A DNA stretch of 64,000 bases from Lytechinus pictus (Eukaryota). The first letter of the stretch is position 1. Each line of letters opens with the position of its first letter. The DNA lies in the NCBI RefSeq assembly GCF_037042905.1, contig NC_087251.1, positions 29,390,001 through 29,454,000 on the forward strand, written 5' to 3'. Shown here one piece after another: positions 36,401 to 50,087 of the stretch. A program made the position numbers and the translations under genes. The notes under the pieces were generated by a model. It saw only the letters and a program-made list of their open reading frames with translations, did not search any database and was not told where the DNA came from.

Positions 36401-39400
36401 GGTTTCATCTTCGAAGGAGAAATGGAAGCTCTGTGACTCGGTGACCTGCTGAGAGTCTGCGATGGTTGGCAGACGAGGGGAGTCTTCACGGAATAGATCC
36501 TGCGAGTCTTCAACAGGTAGGGTAAGTTCATGGCGGGATACAGTCTAGGTACAAGATGGATACAGAGGGAAATATGAGTAGGGTTTTGATGATAAATCAG
36601 ACTTAAACAGTTGGAAATTAATTTGCTTAATGTTTATCTGTAATTAAAAAAAATATATACATGTATATACTTCCATCTCTTCAATTACAATATTTTTGTT
36701 TTTATCTGAAATCAAGTTTGAAATATTCACAGTAAAGCTTCAAATGTAGGCATTTTAAAAATTTATTAATTTATTAATCTTCTTAGTAATTAGTTCTTTT
36801 TTCAATCTTTTTATTACTGTATTATCACTACATTTGATTTCAATAAATAGAGAGAGTCTAACAAGTGTAATGCTAAAAAAGTTCATCAAAATTGGATAAG
36901 AAATTTGAAGATTTTGCTAATTAACAAAATAGTTACATGCACCAAACAAGTAATATGCAAATGAGAGACCTGATGATGTCACACACCCACTATTTCTTTT
37001 ATATTTCATTGTAAAAATTACGATTTTACTTCTGATTGGTAGTGAGCTACTCCATTAATCAAAAAGCATTTCTCTCTTGACTCTGGCTTTTACCTTAGCC
37101 GAGACACTGCTGAGAGTAGACTGATGTCTAGAGAATGGAGTAAAGGTTTCACTCTTGGTCGAATCTACGCTGGTTCTTCCAGACCTGGCCATCCCACCCT
37201 GTGGTTGATGGGCCGGTATTAATGACGTCATTGCTTCAAAGCTCGTATCAAGACTATTGGAGCTGCTGTCTTGGCGTACCGGCGCTGGGAGAACAAAGCT
37301 CATACTGTCTTTGCTTGAATCTGGAACAGTGACAGATAAGTTTGAAGCTATAACAGCAAACAAATTTTAACAGAACAACATGTAAAGAGAGAGATACAAA
37401 GCTGCCAACCTTGTGCAAACTAAAAGGGGATCACAATGGCAAAAAAGGGGAATTTCAAATGAAAAAAAGAAAATTCTCAACACGCCCCTTAAAACAAGAC
37501 CCACCAAACCCTGGGGAAGAGAACTGTATGCAGTGATACTCAAAACTTTTTTTTTGAAATACTGACCCACAAATAACCTTTGGTCTAGTTACCTCAAATT
37601 ACATTCATCCAATTACCTAAACTAGACATATAGAGATAATTTTTCTCAGTAGGATACAATCTACAAATAAATTGTTTAGAAAATCACATTTTATGACAAA
37701 AAAAACATAATGCCATAATTCGGTTGCAATACAGTAGTAATTGATAACAGAAAATAGTCGCACAAATCATTAATTGACATCATCAAATTGACAAAAACAC
37801 AACATTTGCTAATCAAATCCTCAACTTTTAGGGCAAAGCCATCAAGATGATAATCAATAGATGTGAAAACCTGGTAATATGACCTAAAATGAAGCATACT
37901 GTTGAGTCTGCATACATACCTGTCTCTTTACTTGCTGCACTCCATGTGACTTTCTTACTACTGGAGTCTACTCTACTTATGGGAACCTGGAAGTCACTAA
38001 CGGTAGAGTTTGTAGCGCTATCAAACATCTCCATAGTCTTACTACACTGGTCCAATGCTGACAGAGTCCTTGGTGTCTGCGCTGAATTAAAGCGACCAGA
38101 ATCTAAGGGTGAAAGAGATAGAGAAAGAGAGAGGGAGGAGAGAGAGGAGGCAAGACAGATGAGAAATGTACACGTAAATTGGATAAATTGGAAATAATCC
38201 TTTACATTGTTACATCACTCCAGTGCTGCAGAAATTTGTGGTGACATAAACAAATGGATAATAGAGAAAATATTTTATTTCCCATAGAAAAATTTTCAAA
38301 CTGTGTATATCATCATTCCATCTCTTGTACATAGGATTTTTCTTGTAGATAAGTGTGTATTAGAAACAACATGACACAATTGAATTCGGATGATAGATTT
38401 TTTTCCATTGTATTCTCCAACAAAGAAGTGGGAGGGGAGATAGGATGACATTAATGACAAACTTAGAAATTCAATACATTCTTATTTTCAGCTGCAGTTA
38501 TTCAAATTTACTGGTTATTAAATAAATTTATACAATATCAGAGTTGATTTCTCTGAGACAAATGGACAAAGAGATAATTCATTCTATTTGTACCTTGTAA
38601 AGCATCACTTATTTCAGTATCAGTATCTTCTGTGCCTGTGGAGTCCAAGCGTAGAGTTATACCTTTCTCTTCCTCACCATCATCAACATCATTGACCACC
38701 ATTGGCCTCTTTGTATTTCCTTTCCTCCGGCTTGGAGAAATCTCATCATCGCTATCGACTGGGCAAGACACCTTATCAAGTGATCGGGACTTCTTTTTGA
38801 GCTTTTTGACAGTGGTATCCTCCTCTTCTTCCTCTTCATCATCCATGTCATCATCGTCGTCATCATCACTTTCGGCCTCTCCATCAAGGAACTCATTGCC
38901 AGGCTGGAGTAAAGAAATAGATTATGGCACAGAATATAAAATATAGTAATAGTAATAGTGGGGGGTGGCAGGGGCAGTTGCCCCCCCAAAATTTTTTTTG
39001 AAAATTTTCAAAAGTTCACCAGTAATACACACCAAACCCTTCAATTTCACTTTTCAAAATGCAAAAACGCACTAATGACAAGCTCAGTCACTTCGCCCCC
39101 TTGCTTTCGAGTTTTTTTTTTTCAGAAAAGTTTATGCATGCTGCCTCCCCCCACGAAAAAAATTTCCGCATACAGCCATGAGTACAGGACTCATCTGCCA
39201 CATGATTATAACAGGGCTGCATGATCTTGCATTATTGGTATTTCCATTACTACTAGCTAAAAACTCATGATATAACTTAGTGTCCTTCATAAATAAATGT
39301 CAAACGATGTTAAGCAATGTTCATATACCACTTTTTCAGCTAACGCTAACAAATATTACAGATGTGGAGAAGGGTAGGGAAAAAAATATTGGATAGGAAT

Positions 39401-42400
39401 AAAATTGTTATGACACATTCCCCTGGAAGCCTGTTGAGTTGGTTAGGGGTGATTAGGGTAATTTTTAGCCACAACTTTAACTATAGCCTTACATCATAAT
39501 CTGCATCTTCTTCTTCGTCTTCATTGCCTATCCCTCTCTCCTCCTCTTCGTCCGTGTCACTACCTTCCGTCAATTCTGCTTCATCCTCATCATCTTCTCC
39601 TCCTCCAAATCCTTCTTCATTATCAAGCTTAAAGACCTCTTGTCTCTTCTTTCTTTCTTGCTCTCTCTTTACCCTCATGGTGGCTTGCAGGTTCTCCTTT
39701 AGGCGACAGAGTTTAGCACCTGCAAAAGACACGTATCCACAAGTCCAGTAATGCAACCCATTTCAAAGCAGCTCTGAATGTATGAACTTTTTTTAAATGC
39801 ATAATCAAAGATGGAATTTTAATACCAAAGCTTTGCATTTAATCACAGAATATATTCTTCGCAAGATGTAGGATAGTTAGTAGCTTAAGTAAGTATTCAA
39901 CATTTATTCATATGTATATCATACTGTAGGCCTATTCTCATTGTTGTGCTACTAATATGTGTTAATGGTACCAGACACGATTAGCATTTCATGCTATTTT
40001 CTGGTCCCATTTATCCTTTTAATACCTTTGTAAAACTTTCAGTTTCGCAATGTTTTGTTACATATACTTTTTTTGGATAATAAAACATCAAACTCAACTC
40101 AACATTATTATTAACTGATGATGTTAATTTGAAAATACATTATGGCTTATTACTTGCCTGGATTTTCATAACAGACCAAAACTTAAGATTATGATGTACG
40201 TGTATATGTCACGATGATGTGAATGCGGTTACACAGAAATATATATAATTCATAAGCACCAAAAGTTAAATGTTGTCATTTAATTCTGCTTTTAAAAATG
40301 AAGGACAAGGTGCTCACAATTAAGTCAGAATTCAACAACTGAATCTAAGAAACAGTGGAAATCTAACTGTAATTTTTGTTATTAGCAACCAGATTGTATA
40401 CATGAAGTATTACAGCTCAGCTGGTAGAGCAGTGGTAATGGATTCTTGTAACCCCGGTTCAACTCCCACTTGGTGAGCTAGTGTCCTTTGGGCAAGCATT
40501 TATCCTCATTACCAACATTACCAAGTCTCTCAGAGAGGACCTTATGCCTTTGATCCTTTGGTTGCTTACTTACAAGCATTCATGCTTTCTTAGCAATCGG
40601 ATAAAAAAAAAATCATCACCATGAACATAATTAGGATGACACAGAAAGCAAGTCTGTATAATGAAAAAATTAAGATTCACTCTTGGAGATTACATCATGG
40701 GAAAGGTATGTGATTATTTTAATTGTGATTTTGCAGTCAACAGCCGAACTCTGAAGGAGGTGCTACTGAGTAAGTCAATCTTTCCTGTGATCAATAATCT
40801 AAGGCTTTTCTTTTCTCCTTTCTTTTCAGGTTTATGTCAAGGAGAGATCACCCAAAGCATTAAATATCAGCCCAATGGGTATCCAATGCACTCTCCTCAA
40901 GAACCAACCTTCTTCTGGTTCCATGACATTTACTCCGAAGAAAATTGCTCCACTGCAAATTCCACACATTAATGGGATAACCAAATTCAACCCTGGATTT
41001 AAAACTGTACCCTATGATCCTAAACCTAGCATTTATAAAACCTATTGCAACCCTAACCCTATATCTTAGACGAAATAAAGCCCGGAGTAATTGTCGCCGG
41101 AGCAAATGTTGTATCATCCTTCTACTGACATACCTGGAACATTGAGTGTAGGATCTAGTTCCTCTGCTTTTTTATCCAATTCGACAGTGAATGTGTGATG
41201 TTTCAAATCTTCTTTCCCATCTTCCCCTTTCTCTTTCGTTACAATACTGAATGAAGAGAGAAACAATATTGTTACCAGAATATAGAACAAAAATGAAAAA
41301 AGCATACAGCGAATGCACACTAAGTGATATTCTGGTGTGAAAAGTAAAGATTATAATTACTACAATTATATGAAAACCTCAGATGGTGAAATACTGTATA
41401 CTAGCATAGGCTTAGCACATGGTTTGGTGGATGAATTTGCATAAAATTCATATTCAAAATTTAATATTCATGTAGTTTAAAAGGTATAAAACTAGAAATT
41501 CGACGTGTCCAAAGGACACAGATGCCCCCGCTTAACGCAATCAGAAATTCATTCAATATGATTGAACTTGATATCATGCAGAAACCAATATGCATATATA
41601 TATATGAACAAATTTAGACCTTTGACCTAAAGACTCACCCTTTCCATAGTAATCTCTGACAGAAGATATGACAGTCGGGTCATTTGATGTGACCTGACTG
41701 TATTTTGGTGTCATCTACCCAGACACCAAATATTGTTAATATCTGGTGAATATTTCTAAAGTTATCATGCGGAAACCAACTCGCATATATAATGAGCTGT
41801 GACCTTTGACCTGCAGACTCCAAATTCGAACTTCACCTGTATTTTGGTGTCATCTACCTACACACCCAAATTTTTAAAGATCTGTTGAATATTTCATAAG
41901 TTATCATGCGGAAACCAACTCGCATATCTAATGAGCTGTGACCTTTGACCTGCGGACTCTGAATTCGAACTTAGCCTGTATTGCGCGGAAACCAAGCGGG
42001 GGGACGGACGGACGTAAGGATAGAGGGACAGTGGCAACGCTTAATGCCCCCTCCGGACTTCGTCTGTGGGGGCACAAAAAGTACTAATTAGGAATAATAA
42101 TCAAAGGGAAAAGATTCTACCAAAATAAGCAATTCAAATATAGCTGTTTCTCCTTGATATTTACTTTCTCTCTCTAATCCTATAAAACTTACATGTACCT
42201 AATCAGAAAAAAAAAATTATGTAGCTAATTACATTGGTGAGATAATAGTTGACCATTTATACTAAAATTGCATCGCAGGGATAATGAAAGTATTAGAAAT
42301 CACATAATGAAAAATGTACTTACTTGACTTGAACATCTTTCTGATGTGTCTTCTTGACATGTTTTGTATGCTTCACAAAGCGCTTCATCAGCTTGAAGAT

Positions 42401-45400
42401 GCCCTTCTCTTCTGCTGAAGGCTCCTTCCCTTCATCCAAATCAATGGTAATCTTAGGTCCACCACTAAGCTTTGGTTGTGCCCCTTTTAATCTGTTCAGG
42501 GATTCCTGGAGGCGTTGCAACCGCCTTGCCTGTGAAGACTGAGGGTCGGGCTGAGTTGAGGTAGTAGGAGGTGGAGTCTTGAATAATGGCGTCTGGATTT
42601 CTTTTGGTGATTGCTGTGATGTCTCAGGCAAGCCTTGTTCTTCTTTGGGCGATTCATTATTTGATGGTTTTGTTGGCGAAAGCTCTTTTGTATTTGAGTC
42701 TGATGATACTGGAGAAGTAACCGATTTCCCATCAACTACTGGAGTGTTACAGCTACTTTCTGCTTCTGCATCTTGCATCAATGTATCATTGGTTGCCTCT
42801 GGCTCAGTTTCCACTGCATTATCAGTATCAACCTTATCAGTTTCACCTGCTTTGGCTTCTGCCGTAGTCTCCATGGAAGAGCTCTCAGAACTCTCTTCAC
42901 AATGGAGTTTGTTTTCAGTATTATCTTGCACTTGTGATGTTAAAAGATCCGGAAGGTCATCAATTTCTTCTGTGTGAACTTTTTTTACTGTACTTTCTTC
43001 CTCTGTTGAGGTGTTCAATAACTCTTTCCCACGAATTCTGTTCAATATCAAATAAAGCATTGCAATCATAAAACACTTGGTGCAATAAATGTTGGTCAAA
43101 ATGTGACTGCCATATTCAAAACCTCATATATATACCTTAACATTTGGGTTCATTCAATTCATGAGCAAATTCACTTTAAAATCAACACAGACATTCTACC
43201 AAAATTTGACAACACAGTTTAAAACTTTAGGGGCAGATTAAAAAACTTATTAAAATCTTAACATTTAGGTATGTTATGATATTGCAAATCTAACCACAAT
43301 TCTTAAAGAATGTTATTTTTTCTAAAAAATCAAGAAAAAATATTTCACATTTCACCTCCAACTGGTGGCTTCATCACTGTGTCGTTGATGGCGAGATGCC
43401 ACTAACGGTACCGTGCGAGAATGGGATTATATACATCTATAGGCCTACATATCTTTATTTTGCACTCTTCCTCTCCCTCTTACATTTATCTCTTTATTCC
43501 CTTTTCTCTGCACCCACCCCCCTCACTCTCTCTCTCTCATCATCCTTCCTCGACTCTGTTTTGCACATTAAGTTTAACCACATGCTTTGCTCTCGAAGCA
43601 TCATACATGTAAGTCATCATTAACCTGAAGATCAGGGGAGTATATCATCTACACTTTCATCTAACAAGTTGTCAGACTTTTCTTAATTCTGTTTGGGTGA
43701 GAATTACTTTTAATATGGTACGGGTAACTGTTGGATAAAACGTCAGACAAGTCCTTTCATGAAATGCTCTCCAGAAGCCCTACATCAGGGGTTCTCAAAC
43801 TTTTTCTTTGAAGGGCCAGATGAGACTCCTTGTAAACCTGAAAGGGCCAGGGTGAAGTGGATACTTAGAAAAGAATGTGCACGAAGCTCAAAAACCCTTG
43901 CAGTCAGGGTCCTAGATGCTCTCTTGTGCAATCTGGCCCTTATTTTGAGAGCATCTAATCCAACAAATTTATAACAGTTTCATATGGAACGCAGGTAAAA
44001 TTAGAAAAGATTTCAAAATACAGCGAGATTCAATATAAATGATAACAAAATTGTAGTTCTTTGTTAAAAGGAATCTAGATTGTATCTATACATACCTGGT
44101 ATTGGGGTCACAGATAATGTCTTGAAGTATCAATATTTTTTGGTAGTCAAAGTAGAAGGAATAATAGAGCATGTCTTTTGTAGACTAACAAGGATAGTCT
44201 CCTAGTCACTTTCAATATGGGGAAAGTGACAGTCTGTCAGCAACAAGTTGCTTGAACCTTGGCACAAAAGGTGTAATTGCCAGACGAAGGCACTGGTGCA
44301 AATGTTCACTGGTCAAGCAGGGGCGGGGGGGGGGGGGGGGGGGGGGGCAGCCCCCCACTTTTTTCCAAAACCATGTACAAAAACGTAAAAATTACCATAT
44401 GATTGTGATTTTTTGCATGGCCAACCCCCCCCCCCCCCACTTTGAAAACCGTTCCGCGGCCCTAGCCTGTCAAGGTATGAGTTAGTTCTTTATAATGTTC
44501 ATTCAACATGGTTCATTCAACATGGTGAGAACAGCGCTGGTCAACTAATAAGTAGATCGAACAGACAGAAAAGACTCCACTAAACTTTTTGACTGCCATT
44601 ATACGGTTAGGTCTACATTGATACACAATGTAATCATATTGAGCTATGTTTCATAGTGTGACTTAAAAGGGATTAAAAAACCCAGAGTCTCGCGGGCCGG
44701 ATTGAGAAGTTCCGTGGGCCGGATCCGGCCCGAGGGCCGTAGTTAGAGAACCCCTGCCCTACATGAACAAATTATTGATAATAAAGTTTGCGTGATGGAG
44801 TGTTATTTACATTTTGTTCTGTTATTTTACATTATTTGATTTATCTAAGATTTTTTATCTCAAATACTGAGAGTATAAGAAAATATTTCCTTGCTTTAGG
44901 GCAGATCTAGATATCAAAATAGACCATAAAACAGGAAGATTAATAACCACATACCTTGGGACTCTACATCCAGTGGGTTTCAATGAAGTAAGACTTGGCT
45001 TCTTGTTGAACAATTCATCCAAGCTCAGAGGTTTGGGGTGATGATATGGAATCTGTATTGTAGACTCTGTGTAAAAATCAATACCGGTATATCAAATACT
45101 TTGTTATTCGAGGGTCCAGTTTTTATAAATCTTCTGTTATCAACAACATTAGAATTATGGTATTGAAAACTCCTCGATTGGTTGGATTTGATCAGCTGTT
45201 GGCAAATTGGTCATGAATGAGTTTGCATTTGTTATTGATAACAAGCTCTATGAAACAGAACACTTCGCTTATCATTGATAAACAAATTCTATAATTCCAT
45301 GGTAAGTTTGCTCTCTGCCAATAAAAAGGCAGAATTCAGAAGATTATCACAGTAGCTATTATCTGCAATTGACAGTTTTATGAAACATTGGAATGATAAC

Positions 45401-48400
45401 CAATAAGCTTAAACTTGACATTTTGACTGGATTGGAAAGTTAATTAGTGGTGATATATGAACTTACCTCTGACAATTCTTTGAGATTCACTATGGATCTG
45501 CTGTAGTTCATCCTTGCCGATTCGTTTCCTCCTCATAGACTGAAATCAAAACAATTAAAATGTATAATTATCAACTGTGTATCATGCAACATATATCTAA
45601 GTGTATCGAGAATAGAATATTGAGATATGTAACAAATTTAAGAATCTGACCAAAACACCATTGCTATGTATTTAGAGTGAATGTAAATATTAAGACATTT
45701 ATAATGTGATTCCACTTCAAAAAATTGTGCCACCATTATAAGCTAAGATTGTGAAAGTGATTTCATTTTTTAATGTTTCTTCCAAATCCCAATATCCATT
45801 TCTATATTTGGCTAGATCTATACATTTGAAACCGAGACGTAAAATCTCGAAACATAATATTGTAATTAGAAATAGAATGTTACAATATTAATTATAATAC
45901 TACATAACTATTATACCATAATACTACATAACATGCCTATTGCAACCACCTCTGGTGGGTGGAGCCTTGAGATAAAAACCTTACCCTCTTATCCCCATTA
46001 GACTCTTCTTCTGGATCTTGAGGCGGTGGTGTTAATTGGAAAGCAATTTCTCCTTCCTCATCCTCGTCACTACTGCTATCATCACTGCTTCCTATAGTCC
46101 TTCCGCTTTTCTTTCTTTCTTTCTGCGTTTTTTGTTCACCATCATCATCAGAGTCATCGTTACTGCTATCACTTCCTTCATCGCTTTCACCACTGCTTTG
46201 TACATGCCTTCGAATCTTCTTCTTTTCTTTTGGTTTATCATCATCACTGCTCAGACCATCACTATCGTCGCTACTCCCTACAGAGCGACGAATATTCTTT
46301 TTTCGTTTGGGTTTATCCTCTTCATCATCATCACTCTGGCTATCGTTCTCATCACTACTTTGTACTCGTCTACGAATCTTCTTCTTTTCTTTGCGCTTGT
46401 CATTGTCCGATTCATTATCACTGTCATCTTGTTGTCTACCCTCCATTTGATCAGCATCTGCTTCCTGATCACTTGCTTCACTTTCTTCTTTTTCACTGTC
46501 AGACCCTAAATCTCCTGCAAAACAATCAGAACAGCACAAATAGTTATTACTTCCAGTGGAAGTGCTGATTAAAGATACAGAAGTTTGCGTTAGTCTTTCG
46601 TGTATAATCATTGTTAAATAACCTCCTTTTGGGACCTTAACCCTAAAAGGACTGGGCTATTTGAGACGTATTGAGGGCTGGGGGGGGCCATGATGGCCAC
46701 CCTTCTGATCTCGGCCGCCTTTTGCGCGATCGCGCAGAAATTTGGCACGCACATTCTTTACTGCATAAACTACAAGCCAGTATAAAAGAAAAATTCTGAA
46801 AATAATTATTTTTATCTATTATGAATAAAATATGTAAATTTATTCGTGAAAACCATTATTTGCATATTTAACACCCAATTTCACTTCAAATTTTCTTTTT
46901 TTTCCAGATGTCATCTTTGTAAACAAAGTTAAAGGTTTCCACAAAGAAAAATTGCAAAAGCCAATTTTTTCCATATGTATTTCTTTGTTTTTGGAATTTC
47001 TTATGTATTTCTTTGTTTTTTCATCTTTTTTTCATTGTTTTTTTCAATGGAAATTATTACACACAATTTAACAACTAAATTAATAAGGCAGACCAATTAG
47101 AATGAAAAATAATCACCCTTTTATGAATTTCATCTCCCATAGACTTTGTACACAAAGTATAAAAATGAGCCATTTTCGGCCTGACATTGTCTCGTAACCC
47201 GTAGGACGCGAATTTGGTCTCAAAAGGTGCGCGAGACTTCAACAAAAAAAGTCATAAAACATTGCAGCGCTACCTTTTTGCATTTCAGAAATATTGCGCG
47301 AAGCATCAAGGGAGGGGCCATCATGGCCCCCCAGTCCTTTTAGGGTTAAATAGTAGGAAAGTCTCATTTTTCTGTATAGACACAAAATTTGAAGTATCCC
47401 TGAATAAATTAATACTACAAAATAATGTTCAAAACAACTGTTTTGTAATGTTGCATTTTGTATTGATTTAATATCAGAAAATGTAACTTTTATCTTTAAT
47501 AATCTAACTTAAAAGCCTTATGGTCATGATCTTAAAATGAGTTAGAACAGAATAAAAAAATGGCCACCCAAGTATGTAATGTGAAAATCAAGGGCTAAAG
47601 GATTCTTGTAAGAATGCATAATTGCTGAGAAATGTGCCTCGGAATAGTTTACTAGATAGATGGTGCATAATAAATGCTGTGTTTATTATCAAATGAACAA
47701 AATAAGCATGTTACCACAAGTACATGTACATAGTGTGCAGGCATTTGTATCACTATGTTTAGTTCGTAGAACTAGATGTATGACGGTACACTTAAAATAA
47801 ACCTTGGAATGTAGAGACTTTCTCATCAAAATACCGGTGTTGTTTAGCTGCAACTGTGCTTGTTTTAACTTTAACCAAGTTCATGTAGCCAAATGGGTTC
47901 AAGCATTTACCTTGATCTAAAATACTTGGTATTCTCTCTTCATCTTCATCATCACTCAGGATAAGCCGATGAGTTTTAGTGGGTCCCTTCTGTCTGGCTT
48001 TCATTCTGACTATCTCCTCCTCATCACTTTCATCATCATCTGCATCAAACAGGTCAGAGTTTATCAGAGGGTCTGGTGCCTACATCAGAAGATAGATAGG
48101 AATGAGAAAATTTCAAATCCTTCTGCTTAGTTCTCTGAAATATCACAAGACATGGACATGACATTGATTGCTATGTCTATGCACATCCAGTGTTCACCAT
48201 GGAATCTTGTGTTAAGTAGACAAGAATGTCTAGCTTGTGTAGAGTATGGTCTTCACTCTTGTATTGATAAATAATAAATAAACTATGTACCTGTCTTGTG
48301 GTCAGGTTTCCTCATTTCTTCTACAAAGTAATGATTACAGTATCACTAAAAAATATTGCCTTTGAAATAAAACCAATGGAATATTGTGCTTCAATCATGC

Positions 48401-49945
48401 AAGATCATAATTTAACACTCCAAATATGTGAACAAAGTCTACTCCAAGTTTTGGTAAAGCCTCCCACTGTAGTATTTAAATTCATTACTTTATTGTGTGA
48501 ATCATGATGTAAATGATATGAAGTTTGTGATTTTACATGAAAATTGATTTGTGTCTTTTCAGAACTGGAACACACTAAAATCCAAACTTTGAGCTTCTGA
48601 GAGCTGAACTATAGCTCAGTCGGTAGAGCGGGGGTTTCGGATTCCGGTGACCTGGGTTCGCACCGGCCAAGTGGTGCGCTAGTGCCCTTTGGTAAGGCAT
48701 TTATCCTCATTACCAGGTCCCTCGGAGAGGACCTTAAGCCGTTGGTCCCCTGGTTGCTTGCTCACAGGTTTTCGACGTGCTTTCTTAGCAGTCAGGTAAA
48801 AAACCTCGGTATAATTTGTGTCTCAGTCTGAGTTCTGATTTTTACGGCCTACTAAAATTTATTCTCAACATACATGTAGCAAAAGTAAAATTTAGATCTA
48901 ACTTCATAGATCTAACGTTGATATATAAAATCTTGAGTTTGGCAAAATATATATAGGCCTATATACCGTATATATAATATATCAGCGATCGCGAACACGC
49001 ACCGCCACCTAGCCTGGAGGCGTCTGGGGAGTAAAAGTCATCTTACTCTACGTAGGCTTACTCCCCACTGACGCCTGGGACACCAAGGTATATTCACGCA
49101 CGTACGGAAACAAAACCTGAAACTTTCGCCCCCGAGATTTCTACTTTCCCTCTAAAAGATCTAGCCCTAAAACATGTAGGGTTCAACTTCATTTCTGCGA
49201 TATCGATTTTGTTTTTAAAGAAGAATTCATTAAAAAAACGAGAAAAATGTTATGAAAAGATGGGAAGAGCTTACGGCCGTGTTTACATCGCCATCTTGAT
49301 TTCTTTGTCTTCCGCTTGGCGACAGCACGCAAATCGTGCTGTCGCCAAGCGGAAGACAAAGATTTAGAAATCAAGATGGTGACGTAAACACGGCCAGCGT
49401 TAGCTCTTCCCATCTTTTCATAACATTTTTCTCATTTTTTTAATGAATTTTTCTTAAAAAACGAAATCGATATCGCAGAAATGTTGGAAATGAATTGAAC
49501 TTTGAAGTTGAACCCCATGTACATCTACAGTACATGTTTTAACAGTTAGGCCTTAGGGCTAACGTTAGATCTTTAATTAGGCTAGAGGGAAAGTAGAAAT
49601 CTCGGTGGCGAAAGTTTCAGGTTTTGTGGCCGTACATGCGTGAATATACCTTGGTGTCCCAGGCGTCAGTGGGGAGTAAGCCTACGTAGAGTAGATGACT
49701 TTTACTCCCCAGAGGCCAGACGCCTCCAGGCTACCGCCACCGGTTAATGCAGCTCAGCCCAAACACACTCTGCACTGCGCCTGGCATGAACACTCGTACA
49801 CAGCTCAGGCCCGCCCGCCTCGAAACGAACGGGGACGGTACGGCACACAACAACAGCAGCTTTCGCTAGCCTAAAGCCCTGCAGCCACAAATTTTTTCAA
49901 CGCCTTTTCACTCACCCGTATTGGAGCTGATTCTACACCGAGCAT
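26133..49945 (-). CDS. CLSPN: Claspin (ATR-Chk1 replication checkpoint mediator), ~22 coding exons, ~1439 aa
   Basis: Exons 49945-49916, 48079-47911, 46514-45985, 45539-45467, 45066-44955, 43037-42324, 41246-41134, 39719-39493, 38903-38594, 38102-37920, 37320(or 37347)-37094, 36544-36375, 35418-35279, 34274-34160, 33575-33270, 32615-32439, 31640-31519, 30586-30462, 29595-29493, 27494-27412, 27059-26892, 26255-26133; GT-AG, in frame. Claspin hallmarks: [33 protein letters not shown], Chk1-binding repeats [13 protein letters not shown] and [50 protein letters not shown]. The short first exon is less certain. Confidence 0.92.
27621..27768. repeat. Imperfect palindrome, probably part of a CpG-rich repeat extending to ~28145
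   Basis: ACAAATATACCAGGC ... GGCATTACTATATATAGTAATTTTGCC ... GCCTGGTATATTTGT. Confidence 0.55.
28317..28542. repeat. Recent tandem duplication, 2 x 112 bp
   Basis: AAATAAATGTTCATCCGAGCTGCAAG...CATAGTAGATG at 28317 and 28429; I see one substitution. Confidence 0.9.
28603..29196. mobile_element. TTAA-flanked palindromic MITE with AGG termini (Kolobok-like)
   Basis: TTAA|AGGAGAATGAAACCCTTG ... CAAGAGTTTTATTCTCCT|TTAA; long internal inverted repeats (CCCATTGGCAATGCGACCAAGATC / GATCTTGGTCGCATTGCCAATGGG). Confidence 0.8.
30754..31028. mobile_element. MITE with ~50-bp TIRs
   Basis: CCTGGGCCCCGTCTTACAAAGAGTTGCGATTGATCCGATCAATCG ... CGATTGATTGGATCAATCGTAACTCTTTGTAAGATGGGGCCCAGG. Confidence 0.8.
32831..33123 (+). 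mobile_element. tRNA-derived SINE
   Basis: A box TGGCCCAGTGG, B box GGTTCAAATCC, non-tRNA body and (TTA)n tail; second copy near 338-570. Confidence 0.8.
35854..36304. mobile_element. MITE with 6-bp TSD CCAATA
   Basis: CCAATA|CAGACCTGCCAACC ... GGTTGGCAGGGTCTG|CCAATA. Confidence 0.75.
40410..40612 (+). mobile_element. Degenerate tRNA-derived SINE (family of 48601-48803)
   Basis: AGCTCAGCTGGTAGAGC A box, GGTTCAACTCC B box, shared GCATTTATCCTCATTACC and GAGAGGACCTTA, A tail. Confidence 0.7.
41490..42077 (-). mobile_element. Helentron/DINE-like non-autonomous element
   Basis: ACTAG end, hairpin GTGTCCAAAGGACAC, subterminal TGCCCCC / GGGGGCA, (GGAC)n tract, TGACCTTTGACC-containing ~139-bp internal repeats; inserted in an A-run with no TSD. 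Confidence 0.7.
43786..44756. mobile_element. hAT (Charlie-like) non-autonomous element with perfect 8-bp TSD; nested 5-bp-TSD MITE at 44318-44469
   Basis: CCCTACAT|CAGGGGTTCTCAAAC ... GTTAGAGAACCCCTG|CCCTACAT; GGGCCGGAT subterminal motifs; nested TCAAG|CAGGGG ... CCTG|TCAAG. Confidence 0.85.
46641..47345. mobile_element. piggyBac-type MITE
   Basis: TTAA|CCCTAAAAGGACTGGG ... CCCAGTCCTTTTAGGG|TTAA. Confidence 0.88.
48601..48803 (+). mobile_element. tRNA-derived SINE
   Basis: TAGCTCAGTCGGTAGAGC A box, GGTTCG B-box region, non-tRNA 3' body shared with the 40410 copy, ending CAGGTAAAAAA. Confidence 0.75.
49010..49733. mobile_element. Fully palindromic 724-bp MITE with 8-bp TSD CCGCCACC (hAT-like) in Claspin intron 1
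   Basis: CCGCCACC|TAGCCTGGAGGCGTCTGG ... CCAGACGCCTCCAGGCTA|CCGCCACC; arms pair to a 5-nt centre (CAGCACG-CAAAT-CGTGCTG, ~49330-49334). Confidence 0.9.
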
Positions 49946-50087
49946 GGCGAGTTTGTTGAGTAGATTAGCTTGAAGAATAACCTTTTTAAGCTTAAGGAAT
50001 TCCAATGACTTTAACTGCAGTAGAAATATTGAAAAAGGAAAATGTCACGCAGTCGGATGGGTTTTTGTCGTACAATTTATTTCATGT

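Noticed and set aside
46036..46568. Hydrophobic + strand ORFs (also 33212-33560, 38632-38946, 42579-42977)
   Set aside because: Antisense shadows of acidic Claspin exons.
48601..48680. tRNA gene (also 32831-32905 and 40410-40470)
   Set aside because: A and B boxes are present but there is no closed acceptor stem, and the sequence runs into a shared non-tRNA body; these are SINE heads.
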